Shown here one piece after another: positions 60,020 to 64,000 of a stretch of DNA of 64,000 nucleotides (position 1 is the first letter of the stretch; each line of letters begins with the position of its first letter). Position numbers and translations under genes: made by a program. The notes beneath the pieces are model-generated. The model was given only the letters and a program-made list of their open reading frames with translations. It made no database searches and was not told the DNA's origin. The DNA is taken from assembly GCA_039024555.1 (NCBI GenBank), contig JBCCQQ010000021.1:1-64000 (forward strand), given 5' to 3'. The stretch is from Cyanobacteria bacterium P01_D01_bin.156. GTDB lineage: Bacteria > Cyanobacteriota > Cyanobacteriia > Phormidesmidales > Phormidesmidaceae.

Positions 60020-60058
60020 TAATGCCTGAAACCTTGATGTTAGAGGCTTCAGGCATTA
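60020..60058. terminator. hairpin between convergent genes
   Basis: TAATGCCTGAA ... TTCAGGCATTA. Confidence 0.65.
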
Positions 60059-60085
60059 GCTAAGAATTAGTGAGGGCTTATCACA

Positions 60086-60466
60086 CTACCAATCATTTGT
60101 TCTAGTCCATCGGGCTTCTACGAAGTCGCGCATTGCTTCGTGGTTATCACTGTTGGGGCTAGACCGCATTTGCTGCAAAAGCTGCTTTTTGTGTAAATGA
60201 GTACGATTGCTAGGTTCTAGGGAAAGCAGGGAGTTCACAACATCGATGGCTGCTTCTGTCACCCCCAGCTCCATCAATAAATCGCTTAAAAGTACCAGTA
60301 CTTTCACATGGCCAGGATTTTGCTCTCTAGCTTTTTCTAATAAGACGATTACTCGACAAATCATGTCTTCGTTGTCGTAGATACCGCACTTAACAGCCTT
60401 AGACCAACGGATACGAGCATCCCTGTAAAGTTCATCCGTAGAACCGGTTATTTGCCTAGTCAGCAT
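60086..60466 (-). CDS. TPR-like hypothetical protein
   Basis: Helical TPR-like pattern (LEKAREQNP...LLSLEPSN). Confidence 0.65.
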   Translation of the reverse strand: MLTRQITGSTDELYRDARIRWSKAVKCGIYDNEDMICRVIVLLEKAREQNPGHVKVLVLLSDLLMELGVTEAAIDVVNSLLSLEPSNRTHLHKKQLLQQMRSSPNSDNHEAMRDFVEARWTRTNDW

Positions 60467-60551
60467 TATTTTGAAGTAAATTCCACCCTCTTAGAGACTG
60501 TCCTTACATAAGAACGGTTCCCGCTATTTGCTTTTTCAGGCTGGCCTCAGG

Positions 60552-60824
60552 TTACACATCGTCCAAATTCTTCGCATCCCACTTTAATACGGATGCATTA
60601 ATTCCCTGTTCTTGCTTACGTTTAGAATCCTTTTCAAACCACTGAATTATTTGCTCATTGCTCAGGGACTCTACGGAGGTATTCAAATCCTTGGCAATAA
60701 AGCTTAAGAGCTTAGCTGTGGAGAGGGTGAGGCGCGCTAAAAACTTCTCCGGTGTGGTCAAGAGTGCTTTATCTACATCAGCGGATTCTTCTGGTGTTAA
60801 AAACTGAAGGGTTTGGTCAAGCAT
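60552..60824 (-). CDS. hypothetical protein
   Basis: 90-aa ORF (FLTPEESADVDKALL..EKFLARL) downstream of sufR. Confidence 0.7.
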   Translation of the reverse strand: MLDQTLQFLTPEESADVDKALLTTPEKFLARLTLSTAKLLSFIAKDLNTSVESLSNEQIIQWFEKDSKRKQEQGINASVLKWDAKNLDDV

Positions 60825-60855
60825 ATTAAATTCTAGAAAAAGAGTGTAAAAAGCG

Positions 60856-60946
60856 GGCGTTGCTGATCCTCGGGATGATTTTATCCGTCAAATCTAGGCA
60901 ACCGACGAGTTTTACAGGTTGTTTCATTCCCTAAATCAGCAACGGC
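60856..60946 (-). mobile_element. 91-bp MITE (GGCGTTGCTGA family)
   Basis: GGCGTTGCTGA...TCAGCAACGGC; no target duplication visible. Confidence 0.75.
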
Positions 60947-60971
60947 CAACAGTAATTAGATAATGCCTAAG

Positions 60972-61607
60972 CTACTTTTTTTGAATTCTGTAACCACAGA
61001 GATTTTCACCCCTCACTAGCCAGTGCGTGCGCTCTACCTGACAGTCGGGGAGAGCCACTGCAAACATGGCTAGCTCATGGCCGCAGACCGCTGGATAAGA
61101 TTCGACGACGTGGGAGATGGCGCAGTTATATTCGGTGATGATGTACGTATTATCATCGTCACCCTGGTGTAGCTCAGCCATGTACCCTTCGGCCTGGCGT
61201 AACTCTACCAGCTGCTTTACCCGATCGGGCAGAGCGCCATTGCCAAGGGTTTCGCAATAACGTTGGGCCTTACGCTGCCACTGGTGACGTAGTAGCGCTC
61301 CCACTTGCTCAGCCCCTAAATCCTCAGCAATGGTATCCAGTAAGGAAACGGCAAACTGATCGTACTGAGAAGGAAATCGCTCGCGTCCCTTGGCACTTAG
61401 CTGGTAAATATAGTTAGGGCGACCCATGCCGGACTGCATTGCCTGATGCTCCACCAGCTCCTCTGCCTGCAAATCTTTTAAGTGACGCCGAATCGCCTGG
61501 GGACTCACCCCCAGGCTACTGGCGAGGGTTTGAGCTGTTGCTTGACCAGATTTCAGCAAAAACTGGAGGATGTCTTCCTTGGTGGATGGCTGCTGCACTG
61601 ACGTCAT
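60972..61607 (-). CDS. sufR: Fe-S cluster biosynthesis regulator SufR
   Basis: STKEDILQFLL..SPQAIRRHLKDL HTH, GMGRP, C-terminal Cys residues (NCAI, VCGHE, C, CGY); divergent from the suf genes. Confidence 0.95.
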   Translation of the reverse strand: MTSVQQPSTKEDILQFLLKSGQATAQTLASSLGVSPQAIRRHLKDLQAEELVEHQAMQSGMGRPNYIYQLSAKGRERFPSQYDQFAVSLLDTIAEDLGAEQVGALLRHQWQRKAQRYCETLGNGALPDRVKQLVELRQAEGYMAELHQGDDDNTYIITEYNCAISHVVESYPAVCGHELAMFAVALPDCQVERTHWLVRGENLCGYRIQKK

Positions 61608-61665
61608 CGGCTTGCGATCGCAATATTACAAACTGTAACAGTAAATCTAACTGGTCCTACTTTAA

Positions 61666-61735
61666 CAACATACCTGTTGCTAAAGTCTGCCAGCTGGACT
61701 ACTCTTTAGAAAAGAGTTAAGCAACACGCATGTTG
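61666..61735. promoter_or_regulatory. two SufR operators
   Basis: CAAC-ATACCT-GTTG (61666) and CAAC-ACGCAT-GTTG (61722), matching CAAC-N6-GTTG. Confidence 0.85.
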
Positions 61736-61781
61736 TTTAATTATAGAATCATCTGGTTGTCTCAGCACTCTTCATTCCCCC

Positions 61782-62141
61782 ATGACCTTAAGCAAACCCA
61801 CACAGGCCAGCGACAAAAACCTTGAGCTGATGCGAAATTTTGCCCAGAGCTATGCGAAGCGCACCGGCACTTACTTTTGTGCTGATCTCGGTGTTACTTC
61901 AGTTGTGCTTGAGGGGCTAGCAAAGCATAAGGATGACTTTGGTTCTCCCCTGTGCCCCTGCCGCCACTATGAAGATAAGGAAGCTGAGGTTAAGAGCACC
62001 TATTGGAACTGTCCCTGTGTGCCTATGCAGGAACGTCGCGAATGTCACTGCATGCTTTTCCTGACCGAAGATAATGACTTTGCCGGTCAGGAGCAAGAGA
62101 TTTCCTTCGACCGTATTCGTACTGAAACGAATAAATATTAG
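61782..62141 (+). CDS. ftrC: ferredoxin-thioredoxin reductase catalytic subunit
   Basis: CPCRH, WNCPC, ECHCMLF. Confidence 0.95.
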   Translation: MTLSKPTQASDKNLELMRNFAQSYAKRTGTYFCADLGVTSVVLEGLAKHKDDFGSPLCPCRHYEDKEAEVKSTYWNCPCVPMQERRECHCMLFLTEDNDFAGQEQEISFDRIRTETNKY

Positions 62142-62244
62142 TTAGTTGCGAATCAATTAGTTGCGACAGCTGTTGGGGTTGATGTTGGTCACCCCAGGTT
62201 CACACCGTTTGTTTTGTATTCTCTCCAACCTCTCCGGTTAAGCC

Positions 62245-63681
62245 ATGAGCACTAGCGTTCAGTCCGTTGTCAGCCAGCCCTACAAGTACGGATTTGTTAC
62301 TGATGTAGAATCCGATGTTATTCCTCGTGGGTTAAGCGAGGATATCATCCGTTTAATTTCCAAGAAAAAGAACGAGCCGGAGTTCATGCTGGAATTTAGG
62401 CTTAAGGCCTATCGTCAGTGGTTAAAGATGACGGAGCCCAGCTGGCCCAATGTGAACTATGAACCCATCAACTATCAGGACATCATCTACTACTCCGCAC
62501 CCAAGCAAAGTGAAAAGCTTAAGAGCCTAGATGAGGTAGATCCAGAAATTCTAGCCACGTTTGAAAAGCTTGGTTTGCCACTATCTGAGCAAAAGCGGCT
62601 AACCAATGTAGCGGTAGATGCTGTCTTTGACAGTGTTTCCATTGCCACCACCTTTAAAGAAGAGCTGGCAGAGCACGGCATCATCTTTTGCTCAATTTCT
62701 GAAGCAGTTCAAGAGCATCCTGAACTTATTCAAAAGTACTTGGGTAGCGTTGTTCCGTCAGCGGATAACTATTTCACAGCCCTTAATTCAGCTGTATTTA
62801 GCGACGGCTCCTTTGTTTACATTCCTGAAAACACCCAGTGTCCCATGGACCTGTCCACCTACTTCAGGATCAACAACGGTGACTCAGGGCAGTTTGAGCG
62901 CACCCTAGTGGTCGCCGATAAAGGTAGCTCTGTTACCTATCTGGAGGGCTGTACTGCTCCCATGTATGACAGTAATCAGCTCCATGCGGCAGTAGTTGAA
63001 TTGGTGACCCTAGATGATGCCAAAATCAACTACTCTACGGTGCAAAACTGGTTTGCCGGTGACAAGAATGGCAAAGGCGGCATCTACAACTTTGTAACTA
63101 AGCGAGGGCTGTGTTCCGGTAAGAATTCCAAAATTTCCTGGACCCAGGTGGAAACCGGCTCGGCTATTACTTGGAAGTATCCTAGCTGTGTGCTGGTGGG
63201 CGACAACTCCGTCGGTGAGTTTTATTCTGTAGCCCTGACCAACAACATGCAGCAGGCAGACACGGGTACCAAAATGATTCATGTGGGTAAGAACACCCGC
63301 AGCACCATTATTTCTAAAGGCATCTCGGCTGGCAACTCAAAGAACAGCTACCGTGGCTTGGTAAAAGTAGGTCCCAAAGCAGAGAATGCACGCAACTATT
63401 CCCAGTGTGATTCCATGCTGATTGGTGACACCTCCAATGCCAATACCTATCCCTACATTCAAGTACAGAACAATACGGGCCAGGTAGAACACGAAGCATC
63501 CACCTCCAAGATTGGAGAGGATCAACTATTCTATTTTGCCCAGCGAGGCATTTCTCCCGAAGATGCTGTTTCCATGATCATCAGCGGCTTCTGTCGTGAT
63601 GTGTTTAATAAGCTTCCCATGGAGTTTGCCGCTGAAGCCGATAAGCTGCTAGCCCTAAAGTTGGAAAATTCTGTTGGCTAG
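62245..63681 (+). CDS. sufB: Fe-S cluster assembly protein SufB
   Basis: [47 protein letters not shown]. Confidence 0.97.
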   Translation: MSTSVQSVVSQPYKYGFVTDVESDVIPRGLSEDIIRLISKKKNEPEFMLEFRLKAYRQWLKMTEPSWPNVNYEPINYQDIIYYSAPKQSEKLKSLDEVDPEILATFEKLGLPLSEQKRLTNVAVDAVFDSVSIATTFKEELAEHGIIFCSISEAVQEHPELIQKYLGSVVPSADNYFTALNSAVFSDGSFVYIPENTQCPMDLSTYFRINNGDSGQFERTLVVADKGSSVTYLEGCTAPMYDSNQLHAAVVELVTLDDAKINYSTVQNWFAGDKNGKGGIYNFVTKRGLCSGKNSKISWTQVETGSAITWKYPSCVLVGDNSVGEFYSVALTNNMQQADTGTKMIHVGKNTRSTIISKGISAGNSKNSYRGLVKVGPKAENARNYSQCDSMLIGDTSNANTYPYIQVQNNTGQVEHEASTSKIGEDQLFYFAQRGISPEDAVSMIISGFCRDVFNKLPMEFAAEADKLLALKLENSVG

Positions 63682-63724
63682 CATTTAAAACTATCGATTT
63701 TGATACCCTTTGTCCCACCCTTAA

Positions 63725-64000
63725 ATGATTAATCCAGACGCAAAAACGATTCTCTCAGTTAAGGATCTTCGCGCTAGCGTAGACGGTACTGAGATCCTTA
63801 AAGGTCTCAATTTAGAGATCAAAGCCGGTGAGATCCATGCCGTCATGGGTTTGAATGGCTCTGGCAAAAGTACATTCTCTAAAGTACTCGCAGGCCACCC
63901 AGACTACGAGGTTACCAGTGGCACCATTGAATTTAATGGCAAGGATATTTCCGAGCTGGAGCCCCACGAGCGAGCAACGGCCGGTATTTTTCTAGCGTTT
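63725..64000 (+). CDS. sufC: Fe-S cluster assembly ATPase SufC (partial, runs off the window)
   Basis: Own translation: [15 protein letters not shown]...EILKGLNL...[24 protein letters not shown]. Confidence 0.93.
   Translation, partial: MINPDAKTILSVKDLRASVDGTEILKGLNLEIKAGEIHAVMGLNGSGKSTFSKVLAGHPDYEVTSGTIEFNGKDISELEPHERATAGIFLAF

Noticed and set aside
60972..63681. ftrC placed between sufR and sufB as a novelty
   Set aside because: This arrangement and the CAAC-N6-GTTG operators are already known in cyanobacteria

Overview
A 64 kb chromosomal window from a cyanobacterium: HIP1 octamers GCGATCGC recur, and sbtAB, sufR-ftrC-sufBC, an hpsE-like glycosyltransferase, a PEP-CTERM protein and pentapeptide-repeat proteins are present. 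A filamentous Leptolyngbya-like host is an inference. Left part (1-23 kb): 3' end of a WD40-repeat protein, PGM/PMM, GT2, Rieske oxygenase, a NarL-type two-component pair, RidA plus a class-V aminotransferase, a racemase, metY-metX, a FIST protein with a histidine kinase, PfkB kinase, Uma2 and a dynamin-like GTPase. Middle (22-42.6 kb): an apparent phosphate-scavenging neighbourhood. It holds a NAGPA-like phosphodiesterase, a 5xCHRD+RTX protein, two PhoX-family phosphatases each preceded by a paralog of the same uncharacterised secreted protein, a PEP-CTERM protein, and a nested phytase-like/2xGDPD/RTX giant protein. Several 11-bp-periodic Pho-box-like repeats occur there, and sbtAB is embedded in it. 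43-53.7 kb: an accessory region with integron attC-like sites but no integrase in the window (CALIN-like) and a decayed serine-hydrolase cassette. Right part: RnfD-like + DUF2330, a peptide ABC binding protein, a DnaJ-pentapeptide protein and the suf locus. Intergenic DNA is rich in small inverted-repeat elements. These include five 91-bp MITE copies, nested elements, and one palindromic element inserted in-frame in a coding sequence. No rRNA, tRNA or CRISPR array was recognised. All calls were made by eye from motifs; no searches were run.
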